DNA of 32,000 bases from Aliivibrio fischeri ES114 (lineage in GTDB: Bacteria; Pseudomonadota; Gammaproteobacteria; Enterobacterales; Vibrionaceae). The DNA is taken from assembly GCF_000011805.1 (NCBI RefSeq), contig NC_006840.2; one strand, 5' to 3'. The notes under the pieces are model-generated. The model was not told the DNA's origin, ran no database searches, and saw only the letters and a program-made list of their open reading frames with translations. Within the stretch, counting starts at the first letter, position 1. Each line of letters opens with the position of its first letter. Below, one piece after another: positions 9,080-27,655 of the stretch. Made by a program: the position numbers and the translations under genes.

Positions 9080-9631
9080 TTATAATTGAGTGTGAATTAG
9101 CGCAATAACTTGCTTAATTTCATCGTTTGATAACTTTCCTTCTTTAACAAAAAGAATTTTCCCTTCTTTATCTTGAACGATAATTGCTGAACTTTCAGGT
9201 TGTAAATCCCAAGCTTTGGCTACCTTACCGTGCTCATCTAATACCATTGAAGACCATGAAAACTCTTCTTTGCTTTCTTCAGCAGAAGACTTCACAAATC
9301 CACCAGTTCCCCAGATAGAATCATCTTGATTGATGATAGTTGTTGTTTGATATTCTGTTTCTGGGAACTTTTCTAATGTAATTGCACTCATAAGATCGGC
9401 GTTCATTGCTTTCGCACTGCTTCGACCTGCTATTGCCTGCAATACTCGAACTTTTCCTTTAAGTTGTTCAGTATTCCAGTTTTGATAGGTTGCAGCAGAG
9501 TTTTTAAAAAAGATTTCACCATACTGTTCAATTGAAACTGATGGAACTTCTTTATTAAGAGTTAGGTTGTGAGCAAATGAAAGAGAAGGGAGCAGACAAG
9601 CCGCAAGTGTAAGTAGTTTTACTTTTTTCAT
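9080..9631 (-). CDS. ytfJ: YtfJ family periplasmic protein
   Basis: 183 aa; signal peptide MKKVKLLTLAACLLPSLSFA; GKVRVLQAIAGRSSAKAMN and DDSIWGTGGFVKSSAEES motifs. Confidence 0.85.
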   Translation of the reverse strand: MKKVKLLTLAACLLPSLSFAHNLTLNKEVPSVSIEQYGEIFFKNSAATYQNWNTEQLKGKVRVLQAIAGRSSAKAMNADLMSAITLEKFPETEYQTTTIINQDDSIWGTGGFVKSSAEESKEEFSWSSMVLDEHGKVAKAWDLQPESSAIIVQDKEGKILFVKEGKLSNDEIKQVIALIHTQL

Positions 9632-9844
9632 TTTTATTATCCTTGATGATTAACCTTCGTAGTTTAGTGTAGCGATAAGAAAAAAGCGATTCGACCAGTC
9701 TTTGTGGTTTTGATTTTCTCCTTGTTGAAAATAGTTTTGCTTCCTATAATGTTAATCACTTGTTTTGTTTGTAATAAAACGGTGTGAATTGACGTTTGTT
9801 TTCAGGACTAATAAAACCTTTATATGGATAATCGGGGAATGGCT

Positions 9845-10054
9845 ATGTTTAGAAATTTTAAGGCTTATCGACCATTGCAAGTCGCTCGTTTTGTAAAAAC
9901 GTTATTTAAGGGTAATTTGCATATTGAAGGAATTGGAACTTTTGAGTTTGATGGCGGTAAAATTTTAATGCCAAATCAAGGAACTAAGAAAATGCTATTA
10001 GTTATGAGTGAAGTGAATCAACATATTCGTCAACTATCAATGATGCCAGCTTAA
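9845..10054 (+). CDS. ytfK: YtfK / DUF1107 family protein
   Basis: MFRNFKAYRPLQVARFVKTLFKGNLHIEGIGTFEFDGGKILMPNQ...; the tracked ORF starts at 9824 but homology to E. coli YtfK ([22 protein letters not shown]) favours the Met at 9845. Confidence 0.8.
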   Translation: MFRNFKAYRPLQVARFVKTLFKGNLHIEGIGTFEFDGGKILMPNQGTKKMLLVMSEVNQHIRQLSMMPA

Positions 10055-10076
10055 AATTATAGTAATAGTTAATAAG

Positions 10077-10106
10077 AGGTGCTCGTGGTCATGAGCACCT
10101 TTTTTG
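10077..10106. terminator. Rho-independent terminator after ytfK (convergent with msrA)
   Basis: AGGTGCTC-gtggtcat-GAGCACCT followed by TTTTTT. Confidence 0.85.
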
Positions 10107-10107
10107 T

Positions 10108-10686
10108 TTATATAAAACAAACACCAGTACCTTTTAAACCACAATAACCATCAGGATTTTTAGCTAAATATTGTTGGTGGTATTCTTCGGCAAAGTAAAA
10201 GGTTTGGAGTGGTACAATTTCCGTCGTAATAATTCGCATGATACCTTGTTTTTCTAAAGCTGCTTGGTATTGCTGTTGCGTTTGTTTCGCTGTTTCCTGT
10301 TGCGCTTTAGATGTTGTATAAATAGCTGAACGATATTGTGACCCAATATCGTTACCTTGTCGCATTCCTTCTGTCGGGTCGTGTTTTTGCCAGAAAGAAT
10401 GTAATAAGGTATTTAATGAAATTATTGTTGGGTCAAAAATGACTTTTACAACTTCAGTATGATTGGTTGTTCCTGTACAGACTTCTTTATAAGTAGGGTG
10501 TGATGTTACTCCTCCACTGTATCCAACCGCAGTAGAGTAGACACCTTCTAACTGCCAAAAAAGACGTTCAGCACCCCAGAAGCAACCCATACCAAAAAAT
10601 ATTTGCTCAAAATTTGGCGGTATGAATTCTAAATTACGTTGAGAAATAAAATGAAGTGGTGGTGACGTTGGTTGTTTAGTTGTCAT
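10108..10686 (-). CDS. msrA: Peptide methionine sulfoxide reductase MsrA
   Basis: 192 aa; [39 protein letters not shown]. Confidence 0.97.
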   Translation of the reverse strand: MTTKQPTSPPLHFISQRNLEFIPPNFEQIFFGMGCFWGAERLFWQLEGVYSTAVGYSGGVTSHPTYKEVCTGTTNHTEVVKVIFDPTIISLNTLLHSFWQKHDPTEGMRQGNDIGSQYRSAIYTTSKAQQETAKQTQQQYQAALEKQGIMRIITTEIVPLQTFYFAEEYHQQYLAKNPDGYCGLKGTGVCFI

Positions 10687-10800
10687 GTTGCATCCTTCAA
10701 CTGAGTTAATATAGAAGACATTTATCTTGTGCTACTCTATAAAACGAGTAAATTACCATTGCATATAATGTATTAATGAATCAATAGAATAATTACAAGT

Positions 10801-12522
10801 ATGATAAAGAAGTTACCTTTATTCATTATAGTCTGTTTGCTTGCTATCTCATCTCAAGCCTTAGCAGAAACAGAACTAGAAATAGAGGGATTAGAAGGAC
10901 CTTTACTGAGTAATGTTGAAGCATATATCTCAGGTATTCCAGAAGAAGACTATTCTGTCTCTCTTCGTTTCCAAGCTCGTCTTCAAGAAAGTATTACTGA
11001 TGCCTTAAAAGCTCTTGGTTATTACCAATCAACAACAACCTTTGTTGTTGAAGGGGATACATCTGATCGTACTTTGCTCGTAAATATAGACGCAGGCCAG
11101 CCTGTAATTATCTATGTTAGTGATATAGTAATTAGTGGTGAAGCTGCGGCAGATGAGGATTTTATTAACGCGGTCGATAACTCTGGATTAAATCTTGGTC
11201 AAGTGATTAACCATGGTCGATATGAAAGTTTAAAAAGTACATTACAAAATCTAGCCTTAAGAAAAGGGTATTTTGATGGCGACTTTACAACGAATAGATT
11301 GGAAATCGCTCCTGGACGACATCAGGCTATAGTTCGAATTCATTATGATAGTGGTAAACGATACAGTTTTGGTGAAACATCGATTGATGGTAGTCAAATT
11401 GAAGAAAAAAGAGTTCGTTCTATTATTCCATTTCAAGCAGGAGACCCTTATCTTGCAAGTCAAGTTGGTGAATTAAATCAATATCTTTCAAATACAGAGT
11501 GGTTTTCTTCTGTTTATGTTGAGCCAGATATCGACGCAGTTGGAAAAACATATCAATTGCCAATGAAAGTTCATCTTTCTCCTCAAGTAAGAAATCAATT
11601 AGAAACAAGTATTGGTTATGCAACTGACGTTGGTGCTAGGGGAAAAATTCGTTGGAAAAAGCCGTGGTTAAATCCGGAAGGACATAGTTTAGATACCGCC
11701 CTTTCAATTTCAAAACCAGAACAAGAAGCAACCATTTCTTATAAGATCCCGTTAGAGCAAGTTTTAAAAGATTACTACGTTGTTAAATATGGACTTAAAA
11801 ACGTAGATAACAATGATACGGATAGTTTGGAATCGAATTTAGCTTTTGAAAGACACTGGGTTTATGACTCAGGTTGGCATCGAACTATCTATACTCGTTT
11901 TTTATATGAAGAATTTACTCAAGGTGTACAAGATGGCACTGCATGGTTGGTGCTACCGGGGATCTCTTTTTCTAAGAGTCGCTCACGTGGTGGTACGATG
12001 CCAATGTGGGGAGATAAAAAAGCATTTACCATTGAGGCGACAGATCAAGCTTTAACATCGGATGTGAAGTTATTACGTTTACAAGCTCAAGGTGCGATTG
12101 TTCGTAGTATCGGAGAAAATCACAGAGGTGTAGCTCGTGCAGATATTGGTGCAATATATACTGATGATTTTTATAAGTTACCGCCATCAATTCGTTTTTT
12201 CGCTGGTGGTGATAATAGTATTCGTGGTTATGGATATGAAGAAGTATCTCCAAAAGACAGTGAAGGTTATTTAACTGGTGGCCAATATATGGCGACAGCT
12301 AGCCTTGAGTATCAATATCGAGTAGTCGGTAATTGGTGGGTTGCAACGTTTGTTGATTATGGTGATGCATGGTTAGATACTCCAGATTGGAAAATGGGTA
12401 CCGGTGTGGGTATACGATGGGCTTCGCCTGTAGGTCCAGTTCGACTCGATTTCGCATGGGGGCTTGATGCTGAGCCTGGAGACGAATTTAAAATCCACTT
12501 TACCTTGGGGCCTGAAGTATGA
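10801..12522 (+). CDS. tamA: Translocation and assembly module outer-membrane protein TamA (Omp85 family)
   Basis: 573 aa; signal peptide, POTRA-like N-terminus, C-terminal GGDNSIRGYGYEEV and GPVRLDFAWGL typical of Omp85; overlaps tamB. Confidence 0.93.
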   Translation: MIKKLPLFIIVCLLAISSQALAETELEIEGLEGPLLSNVEAYISGIPEEDYSVSLRFQARLQESITDALKALGYYQSTTTFVVEGDTSDRTLLVNIDAGQPVIIYVSDIVISGEAAADEDFINAVDNSGLNLGQVINHGRYESLKSTLQNLALRKGYFDGDFTTNRLEIAPGRHQAIVRIHYDSGKRYSFGETSIDGSQIEEKRVRSIIPFQAGDPYLASQVGELNQYLSNTEWFSSVYVEPDIDAVGKTYQLPMKVHLSPQVRNQLETSIGYATDVGARGKIRWKKPWLNPEGHSLDTALSISKPEQEATISYKIPLEQVLKDYYVVKYGLKNVDNNDTDSLESNLAFERHWVYDSGWHRTIYTRFLYEEFTQGVQDGTAWLVLPGISFSKSRSRGGTMPMWGDKKAFTIEATDQALTSDVKLLRLQAQGAIVRSIGENHRGVARADIGAIYTDDFYKLPPSIRFFAGGDNSIRGYGYEEVSPKDSEGYLTGGQYMATASLEYQYRVVGNWWVATFVDYGDAWLDTPDWKMGTGVGIRWASPVGPVRLDFAWGLDAEPGDEFKIHFTLGPEV

Positions 12523-15500
12523 GTTCCATTGAAATGAACGAAGAACATAACAATCAAGAGTTGAAGAAAAAACGACGTTTTAGTCGTCATTGTCTTTGTT
12601 TTGCTCTTTTTTTTCCATCAATACTATTATTACTCCTATTAATAATTGGTGCTGTTGTTTTTACTAATTCTGGATTAAAACTGATAGTTTGGGGGGCAGA
12701 AAAAGCGCTTCCTGAGTTATCAATTGAAGGGGTTGAAGGCAGCGTCATTCCTGAATTCACATTATCGAATATAACCTATGATAATAAACAGTTACTCAGT
12801 ACAGAGATTTCTCGTTTTCATTTTGCATTAACACCTAATTGTTTATTAATCCCTTCAGTTTGCATCGATGATATTTCTGTGGATGGACTGACGTTAGATT
12901 TTCCAACACTTCCAACTTCAAATGAAGAAGAGCCAACTGATACTGCTGAAAATACGTTGTTGTCGCTCCCTATCCCGATAGCAATAACCAATATTACTTT
13001 AAATAATATAGATGCGAATATTTTGGGAAATCATATTCAGTGGAAAGCATTTTCTACTGGAGTGAATATCTACAAAAGTGATTTAACATTAACGCCCTTG
13101 AACTGGGATCATATTCGTTTAGAGCTTGCTTCAAGTGAAAGCGCTTCTGAAAAAAATACAGAAAAACCAACATCGTCAAAAAAAGATGATGCACCTATCG
13201 TTTTACCTGAAGTATTTATTCCTTTAAATATAAAAGTGGAACAGTTCGCACTTCGTGATTTTATCCTGCAGCAAGAGACTCCCGTAAAAGTAAACAAACT
13301 AAATTTCAAGGCAACTGCTGGTGAAAATAACGCGAGTATTAATGATTTTTACTTGGATGTACCACAAGCAAATTTATCACTTAATAATGAGATAGTTTTA
13401 AAAGGAGATTATCCCCTTACCCTAGACGGACTTCTTGAGCTAAAAGAAACGGAACTAAAAGGTCATAAGTTAGCTATAGAGGCAGATGGAAGTGTTGCTG
13501 ATTTGAATGCTTCATTAACCTTGAGTGGTGGTTTAAAGGTTAAAGTCGATGCAAATGTTCATCCTTTAGATAAAAAATTTCCATTTGATGTACATGTTTA
13601 TAAAGGTGACCTGTACTGGCCATTAACTGGCGATAAAGATATTAAGGTTCAAATCCCCAATATAAAAACAAAAGGCAATCTTGAGGAATATAGCTTTGCG
13701 AGTGCTCTATATATAGAGGGAAAATCAATTCCTCAAACAGATATGCGCTTAGAAGGAAGAGGAACATTAGAGAAGGTCGATTTATCCGATTTATTAATTG
13801 ATACGTTAGGTGGTTCTATTTCAGGAAGTGCAGAAGTCAATTGGGCTTCATTGGTATCGTGGAAAACAGATATTAATTTGCTGAATATACAACCCGGATT
13901 ACAGTGGCCAGAAGCGGAAGGTGACATCAGTGGGCAATTGATCACTGATGGACATTTAACTAAAGATGGTGGATGGGTTGTTGATGTATCAACTATAGAT
14001 ATTAATGGTGTATTTAGAAATTACCCTTTATTAGTTCAGGGTGCATTAAAAGCGGATGATGTTCAAGGGGCGGGCGAACCACATGTAAACATTTCCCAGT
14101 TAACAATCAATCATGGTGATAACGGATTAGCAGTTTCTGGAGAGTTAAATAAAGAGTGGGATTTAAGTGTTGATATCGATTTTCCTGAATTATCAGATAG
14201 TGTACCGGATGTTTATGGAAAATTGATTGGTAATGTCGCATTAACCGGAGAGTTAACTAAACCTAGGGTTGATGTTGATATTAATGCATTAGGGCTACAG
14301 TTCCTTAAAAAAGCAACCTTAAATAAAGCGTCAATAGAAGGATATATTGTACCGTCCCCAACAATTGATGCAGATTTAAGTATTAAGCTATTAGACGGGA
14401 AATACCAAAAACAAGTATTGAATGATTTGAGCATTCGATTTAGTGGTAAAGAGCAAGCTCATAAATTACAAATAGATTTAAATTCAAATGTTATCGATTC
14501 TCATCTTGTGTTTAAAGGTGCTCTTGATCGAACTCAAGGTTGGAAGGGGGAATTAAGTGAAGCTGATGTTATCACTGACATTGGACCATGGAATTTAGAT
14601 AAAAAAGCTGATCTTGCTTACGACATTAAAAAAGAAGAATTATTTGTTCAGGCAAACTGCTGGAGTCAGGGGAAAACTGCTCTCTGCTTAAATAAAGATT
14701 TATATGCAGGGAAGTCTGGTGATGCTGATATTAGCATTAAACATTTTGAATTTAATAAACTACAAAAATTCATTCCAGAAGAAACCGTTATTAATGGCGA
14801 AGTTAATCTTGATGCATTAGCTAAGTGGTCTGTTGGTCAATCTCCTTATGTTAAAGCTAAATTGCATCTTCCAAAGGGTAATATTCAACAACAGATGGAA
14901 AGCCCTCTTATTATTGGTTGGGATGATTTTACTGTTAATGCTGAAATGAAAAATGATGAGTTAACTACTGATTGGCTACTAGCGTTAACTGATAATGGTC
15001 AACTAACAGGAAATATGAAAATTGATCAGTTAACAAAAGCAAAAACATTAACGGGTAATTCAAAAATAGAGAAAGTCTCATTAGCGATGTTAGAACCTAT
15101 CCTAGGGGAATACAGCCAGTTAAGGGCAATGGTGAATTCTGATATTGATATTTCTGGGCCAATAGAACACCCGAAATTGTCAGGTAATTTGAGTATCGAT
15201 GAGATAAAAGTCAAAGGTGAGGTATCTCCCGTCGATATTAATGAGGGAAATGTTGATATTGTCTTTTCTGGCCATAGCGGAAAATTAAGCTCATTAATTA
15301 CAACTGCTGATGGTGACTTGCATATTGAGGGTGCTGCGCATTGGAGTGACCTGAATAAGTGGGATGCTGGCTTAGATATTTTTGGCAACGAATTACAAGT
15401 TAATGTGCCACCAATGGTAAAACTCAAAGTTAAGCCCGATATGAAGATTCGAATTAATCCTACACTCGCTAAGATTACGGGGTCTATTGGTATACCGTGG

Positions 15501-16319
15501 GGTAGGATTGTTGTTCAAGAATTACCAGAGAGTGCCATTGGGGTATCTAAAGATGAAATCATTCTTGGTGATGATCTAAAACCAATAGAAAAACCATCAC
15601 CATTACCTATGACGGTTGAAACCGATATTAATATCAATATTGGTGATGATGTACTGCTATCAGCATTTGGTTTAGAAGGTGGGTTAGTTGGTAATCTTAA
15701 TATTACCCAAAAAAATAAAGGGCCATTTATTACAGGCGAAGTAAATATCGAAGAAGGGACATATCGTTCATTTGGGCAAGATTTACAAATTAGAAAAGGT
15801 AAAATTCTATTTAACGGTCCAGCAGACCAGCCTTATGTAGATATAAAGGCGGTTCGAAACCCTGAGAATACAAAAGATGATGTTGTTGCTGGTATTAAAG
15901 TTACAGGTCCAGCGGATACACCAAGAGTTGAAATCTTTTCATCACCAAGTATGCCTCAAGCAAATGCGCTTTCTTATTTATTAAGAGGGCAAGATATAGA
16001 TGGGGAGTCGGGCGGTAATGCCATGACAACCACTTTAATTGGATTAAGCTTGGCAAAAAGCGGAAAGGTTGTCGGTGAAATAGGTCAGGCATTCGGTGTG
16101 CAAGATCTACAATTAGATACGGCGGGTTCAGGAGAAGATTCACAAGTAACGATTAGTGGTTATATAGCCCCTGGATTACAAGTGAAGTATGGAGTCGGCA
16201 TATTTAATTCATTAGGTGAATTTACATTGAGGTATCGAATTATCAGTGACCTCTATATAGAAGCTGTATCAGGAGTAGATAATGCAGTGGATTTAATTTA
16301 CCAGTTTGAATTTGATTAA
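12519..16319 (+). CDS. tamB: Translocation and assembly module inner-membrane protein TamB
   Basis: 1266 aa; N-terminal TM, long beta-rich repetitive body, C-terminal DUF490-type region (NALSYLLRGQDIDGESGG, YGVGIFNSLGEFTLRYRI); 4-nt overlap with tamA. Confidence 0.93.
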   Translation: MSSIEMNEEHNNQELKKKRRFSRHCLCFALFFPSILLLLLLIIGAVVFTNSGLKLIVWGAEKALPELSIEGVEGSVIPEFTLSNITYDNKQLLSTEISRFHFALTPNCLLIPSVCIDDISVDGLTLDFPTLPTSNEEEPTDTAENTLLSLPIPIAITNITLNNIDANILGNHIQWKAFSTGVNIYKSDLTLTPLNWDHIRLELASSESASEKNTEKPTSSKKDDAPIVLPEVFIPLNIKVEQFALRDFILQQETPVKVNKLNFKATAGENNASINDFYLDVPQANLSLNNEIVLKGDYPLTLDGLLELKETELKGHKLAIEADGSVADLNASLTLSGGLKVKVDANVHPLDKKFPFDVHVYKGDLYWPLTGDKDIKVQIPNIKTKGNLEEYSFASALYIEGKSIPQTDMRLEGRGTLEKVDLSDLLIDTLGGSISGSAEVNWASLVSWKTDINLLNIQPGLQWPEAEGDISGQLITDGHLTKDGGWVVDVSTIDINGVFRNYPLLVQGALKADDVQGAGEPHVNISQLTINHGDNGLAVSGELNKEWDLSVDIDFPELSDSVPDVYGKLIGNVALTGELTKPRVDVDINALGLQFLKKATLNKASIEGYIVPSPTIDADLSIKLLDGKYQKQVLNDLSIRFSGKEQAHKLQIDLNSNVIDSHLVFKGALDRTQGWKGELSEADVITDIGPWNLDKKADLAYDIKKEELFVQANCWSQGKTALCLNKDLYAGKSGDADISIKHFEFNKLQKFIPEETVINGEVNLDALAKWSVGQSPYVKAKLHLPKGNIQQQMESPLIIGWDDFTVNAEMKNDELTTDWLLALTDNGQLTGNMKIDQLTKAKTLTGNSKIEKVSLAMLEPILGEYSQLRAMVNSDIDISGPIEHPKLSGNLSIDEIKVKGEVSPVDINEGNVDIVFSGHSGKLSSLITTADGDLHIEGAAHWSDLNKWDAGLDIFGNELQVNVPPMVKLKVKPDMKIRINPTLAKITGSIGIPWGRIVVQELPESAIGVSKDEIILGDDLKPIEKPSPLPMTVETDININIGDDVLLSAFGLEGGLVGNLNITQKNKGPFITGEVNIEEGTYRSFGQDLQIRKGKILFNGPADQPYVDIKAVRNPENTKDDVVAGIKVTGPADTPRVEIFSSPSMPQANALSYLLRGQDIDGESGGNAMTTTLIGLSLAKSGKVVGEIGQAFGVQDLQLDTAGSGEDSQVTISGYIAPGLQVKYGVGIFNSLGEFTLRYRIISDLYIEAVSGVDNAVDLIYQFEFD

Positions 16320-16411
16320 AATAGGTCAAATGTGGATAACTTTGTGGGTAAGCTGTTGCCATGATAAGGGTAAAAAAAGATAAGTTTTCTTTTGAATAAA
16401 ATGCCATCAAA

Positions 16412-16449
16412 CAAGCATAAAATATAAAAAAAAAGCTATTTTATGCTTG
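16412..16449. repeat. 13-nt perfect inverted repeat upstream of rrn P1
   Basis: CAAGCATAAAATA-taaaaaaaaagc-TATTTTATGCTTG. Confidence 0.9.
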
Positions 16450-16474
16450 CTAATGAAATCGAACTCCCTATAAT
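16447..16474 (+). promoter_or_regulatory. rRNA promoter P1 of the first operon
   Basis: TTGCTA (16447-16452), 16-nt spacer, TATAAT (16469-16474) in the context aactccctataatgcgacctcactgacacgg, which closely matches E. coli rrn P1; A/T-rich UP-like upstream region. Confidence 0.8.
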
Positions 16475-16560
16475 GCGACCTCACTGACACGGAGCGCTCA
16501 ACCAAGAGCTGCAAAGGGTTGGTAAGAAAAACGGTTTGAAAATTAAATTTAAAAAAGTGT

Positions 16561-16588
16561 TTGACACGAAAGTTTAATTAGCTAAAAT
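16561..16588 (+). promoter_or_regulatory. rRNA promoter P2 of the first operon
   Basis: TTGACA (16561-16566), 16-nt spacer, TAAAAT (16583-16588); upstream A/T-rich aaaattaaatttaaaaaag. Confidence 0.75.
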
Positions 16589-16816
16589 GACCGTCCTCTT
16601 CACAGAGAAGCGGAAACGCTTTGAAAGTAGAAGAAAAGCTCTTTAAAAATTAGAAACCTATTAATCTGTGTGGGCACTTGTGAATTGATAATCACTATTT
16701 GCGAAAGCAAATAACTAATCAATGAGCTGAGTGACTGCACAAAATTACTTTTATGTAACAATCAGTATTAATCATTGAGTCGGTTTTGTTTCTGCTGAAA
16801 CAAACCAAAAAAACTT

Positions 16817-18370
<1,554 letters not shown>

Positions 18371-18437
18371 AACGATAGATTGCGATTTATGAGTGTTCAC
18401 ACAGATTAATTAGGTTTTGAATTTAGAGTATCTTAGT

Positions 18438-18513
18438 GTCCCGTTCGTCTAGAGGCCTAGGACACCGCCCTTTCACGGCGGTAACAGGGGTTCGACTCCC
18501 CTACGGGATACCA
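18438..18513 (+). tRNA. tRNA-Glu (anticodon TTC)
   Basis: gtcccgttcgtctagaggcctaggacaccgccctttcacggcggtaacaggggttcgactcccctacgggatacca; cloverleaf, CCA encoded. Confidence 0.95.
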
Positions 18514-18573
18514 TCTTTAAGTATTCTCTCTTTGAGAGTCTTTAAAAATGGTTACACGCATAAGCGTGGAATC

Positions 18574-18585
18574 GCTCTTTAACAA
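18574..18585 (+). promoter_or_regulatory. boxA antitermination element before 23S, copy 1
   Basis: GCTCTTTAACAA. Confidence 0.7.
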
Positions 18586-18788
18586 TTTGGAAAGCTGACT
18601 GATTTAAATAACTTACGAGTTATCTAAATCAAAATTTAAAAGTTCTTAATATCCTTTGTTTTACTCTGTAAAACGAAGAACAACACATTCAAGTGTTCTT
18701 GTATTTTGAATCCGGCGAAAAACCAGAACTCGCAATGACGAGTTCAACCTTGGTTGTTTATGCCATACGAAACCTCTTGGGGTTGTAT

Positions 18789-21679
<2,891 letters not shown>

Positions 21680-21773
21680 ACAACACCCAAGGGGTTTTGA
21701 ACGGATTTGAAGTTGCAAGAAACGAATTGAATGTGCATTAAGAACACAATATAGCTTTCCGAATTAAAGAATT

Positions 21774-21893
21774 TGCTTGGCGACCATAGCGTTATGGACC
21801 CACCTGATCCCATGCCGAACTCAGAAGTGAAACGTAATAGCGCCGATGGTAGTGTGGGGTTTCCCCATGTGAGAGTAGGACATCGCCAGGCTT
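21774..21893 (+). rRNA. rrf: 5S ribosomal RNA, copy 1
   Basis: tgcttggcgaccatagcg...ccacctgatcccatgccgaactcagaagtgaaacg...catcgccaggctt; 120 nt. Confidence 0.96.
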
Positions 21894-21907
21894 GAATTTG
21901 AATGAGA

Positions 21908-21933
21908 GCCCGTTCAGTTGAACGGGCTTTTAT
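21908..21933 (+). terminator. Terminator of rRNA operon 1
   Basis: AGCCCGTTC-agtt-GAACGGGCT followed by TTTA. Confidence 0.85.
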
Positions 21934-22018
21934 TTCGCTCCCAGACTGTCACTGTGAGCCAAGTCAACATAACGTTTTTAACGATTCAAAAATAATTGAA
22001 AAAGTTGAAAATATTATC

Positions 22019-22046
22019 TTGACTTTCAAATCAGACAGCGTATTAT
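22019..22046 (+). promoter_or_regulatory. rRNA promoter (P2-like) of the second operon
   Basis: TTGACT (22019-22024), 16-nt spacer ending GCG, TATTAT (22041-22046); A/T-rich upstream region (aaaaataattgaaaaagttgaaaatatt). Confidence 0.75.
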
Positions 22047-22094
22047 ACGCAGCCTGAAACAACGAAGCGGAAACGCTAAGTGGTTGAAAGACAA

Positions 22095-22106
22095 GCTCTT
22101 TAACAA
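22095..22106 (+). promoter_or_regulatory. boxA antitermination element in the 16S leader of operon 2
   Basis: GCTCTTTAACAA. Confidence 0.7.
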
Positions 22107-22289
22107 TTTAACCAAATCAATCTGTGTGGGCACTTGTGAATTGATAATCACTATTTGCGAAAGCAAATAACTAATCAATGAACTGAGTGACTACACAAAA
22201 TTACTTTTATGTAACAATCAGTATTAATCATTGAGTCGGTTTTGTTTCTGCTTCTCTTTATAGAAAAGACAGAGCAACCAAAAAAACTT

Positions 22290-23842
<1,553 letters not shown>

Positions 23843-23911
23843 AACGATAGATTGCGATTTATGAGTGTTCACACAGATTGGTTAGGTTAAAAAATTAAGA
23901 GACTTAATGTT

Positions 23912-23988
<77 letters not shown>

Positions 23989-24025
23989 ATACTTCTCCAG
24001 AAAGTATTGGATAACATTATATTTC

Positions 24026-24101
24026 GGGGCTATAGCTCAGCTGGGAGAGCGCCTGCCTTGCACGCAGGAGGTCTGCGGTTCGATCCCGCATAGCTCCACC
24101 A
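24026..24101 (+). tRNA. tRNA-Ala (anticodon TGC)
   Basis: ggggctatagctcagctgggagagcgcctgccttgcacgcaggaggtctgcggttcgatcccgcatagctccacca; 76 nt. Confidence 0.97.
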
Positions 24102-24159
24102 TCTTTAAGTATTCTCCTTGAGAGTCTTTAAAAATGGTTACACGCATAAGCGTGAAATC

Positions 24160-24171
24160 GCTCTTTAACAA
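24160..24171 (+). promoter_or_regulatory. boxA antitermination element before 23S, copy 2
   Basis: GCTCTTTAACAA. Confidence 0.7.
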
Positions 24172-24374
24172 TTTGGAAAGCTGACTGATTTAAATAACTT
24201 ACGAGTTATTCAAATCAAAATTTAAAAGTTCTTAATATCCTTTGTTTTACTTTGTAAAACGAAGAACAACACATTCAAGTGTTCTTGTATTTTGAATCCG
24301 GCGAAAAACCAGAACTCGCAATGACGAGTTCAACCTTGGTTGTTTATGCCATACGAAACCTCTTGGGGTTGTAT

Positions 24375-27265
<2,891 letters not shown>

Positions 27266-27354
27266 ACAACACCCAAGGGGTTTTGAACGGATTTGAAGTT
27301 GCAAGAAACGAATTGAATGTGCATTAAGAATTAAGCTTTCCGAATTAAAGAATT

Positions 27355-27474
27355 TGCTTGGCGACCATAGCGTTATGGACCCACCTGATCCCATGCCGAA
27401 CTCAGAAGTGAAACGTAATAGCGCCGATGGTAGTGTGGGGTTTCCCCATGTGAGAGTAGGACATCGCCAGGCTT
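27355..27474 (+). rRNA. rrf: 5S ribosomal RNA, copy 2
   Basis: tgcttggcgaccatagcg...catcgccaggctt; 120 nt. Confidence 0.96.
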
Positions 27475-27503
27475 TAAATTAAGATACACTGAATAGACAC
27501 TGC

Positions 27504-27580
27504 GGAGTGGTAGTTCAGTTGGTTAGAATACCGGCCTGTCACGCCGGGGGTCGCGGGTTCGAGTCCCGTCCACTCCGCCA
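27504..27580 (+). tRNA. tRNA-Asp (anticodon GTC)
   Basis: ggagtggtagttcagttggttagaataccggcctgtcacgccgggggtcgcgggttcgagtcccgtccactccgcca; 77 nt, full cloverleaf, CCA encoded. Confidence 0.97.
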
Positions 27581-27591
27581 CTTATTAAAAA

Positions 27592-27621
27592 AAGCCCTAA
27601 TCGAAAGATTAGGGCTTTTTT
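27592..27621 (+). terminator. Terminator after tRNA-Asp (end of operon 2)
   Basis: AAGCCCTAATC-gaaa-GATTAGGGCTT then a T run. Confidence 0.9.
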
Positions 27622-27655
27622 GCATCTGTAGAAAACAGAATGAGATAAGCAAAGC

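Noticed and set aside
11257-12590. Minus-strand and alternate-frame ORFs over tamA (11257, 11423, 11846, 12026, 12357)
   Set aside because: All are contained within, or overlap the end of, the confidently assigned tamA/tamB reading frames.
15026-15427. 133-aa minus-strand ORF inside tamB (and shorter ones at 13109, 13733, 14213, 15901)
   Set aside because: Fully antisense to tamB, whose homology and frame are clear; no RBS or domain support.
16412-16449. Inverted repeat considered as a rho-independent terminator for tamB
   Set aside because: The stem is A/T-rich and not followed by a T tract on the plus strand, so it is reported only as an unexplained inverted repeat.
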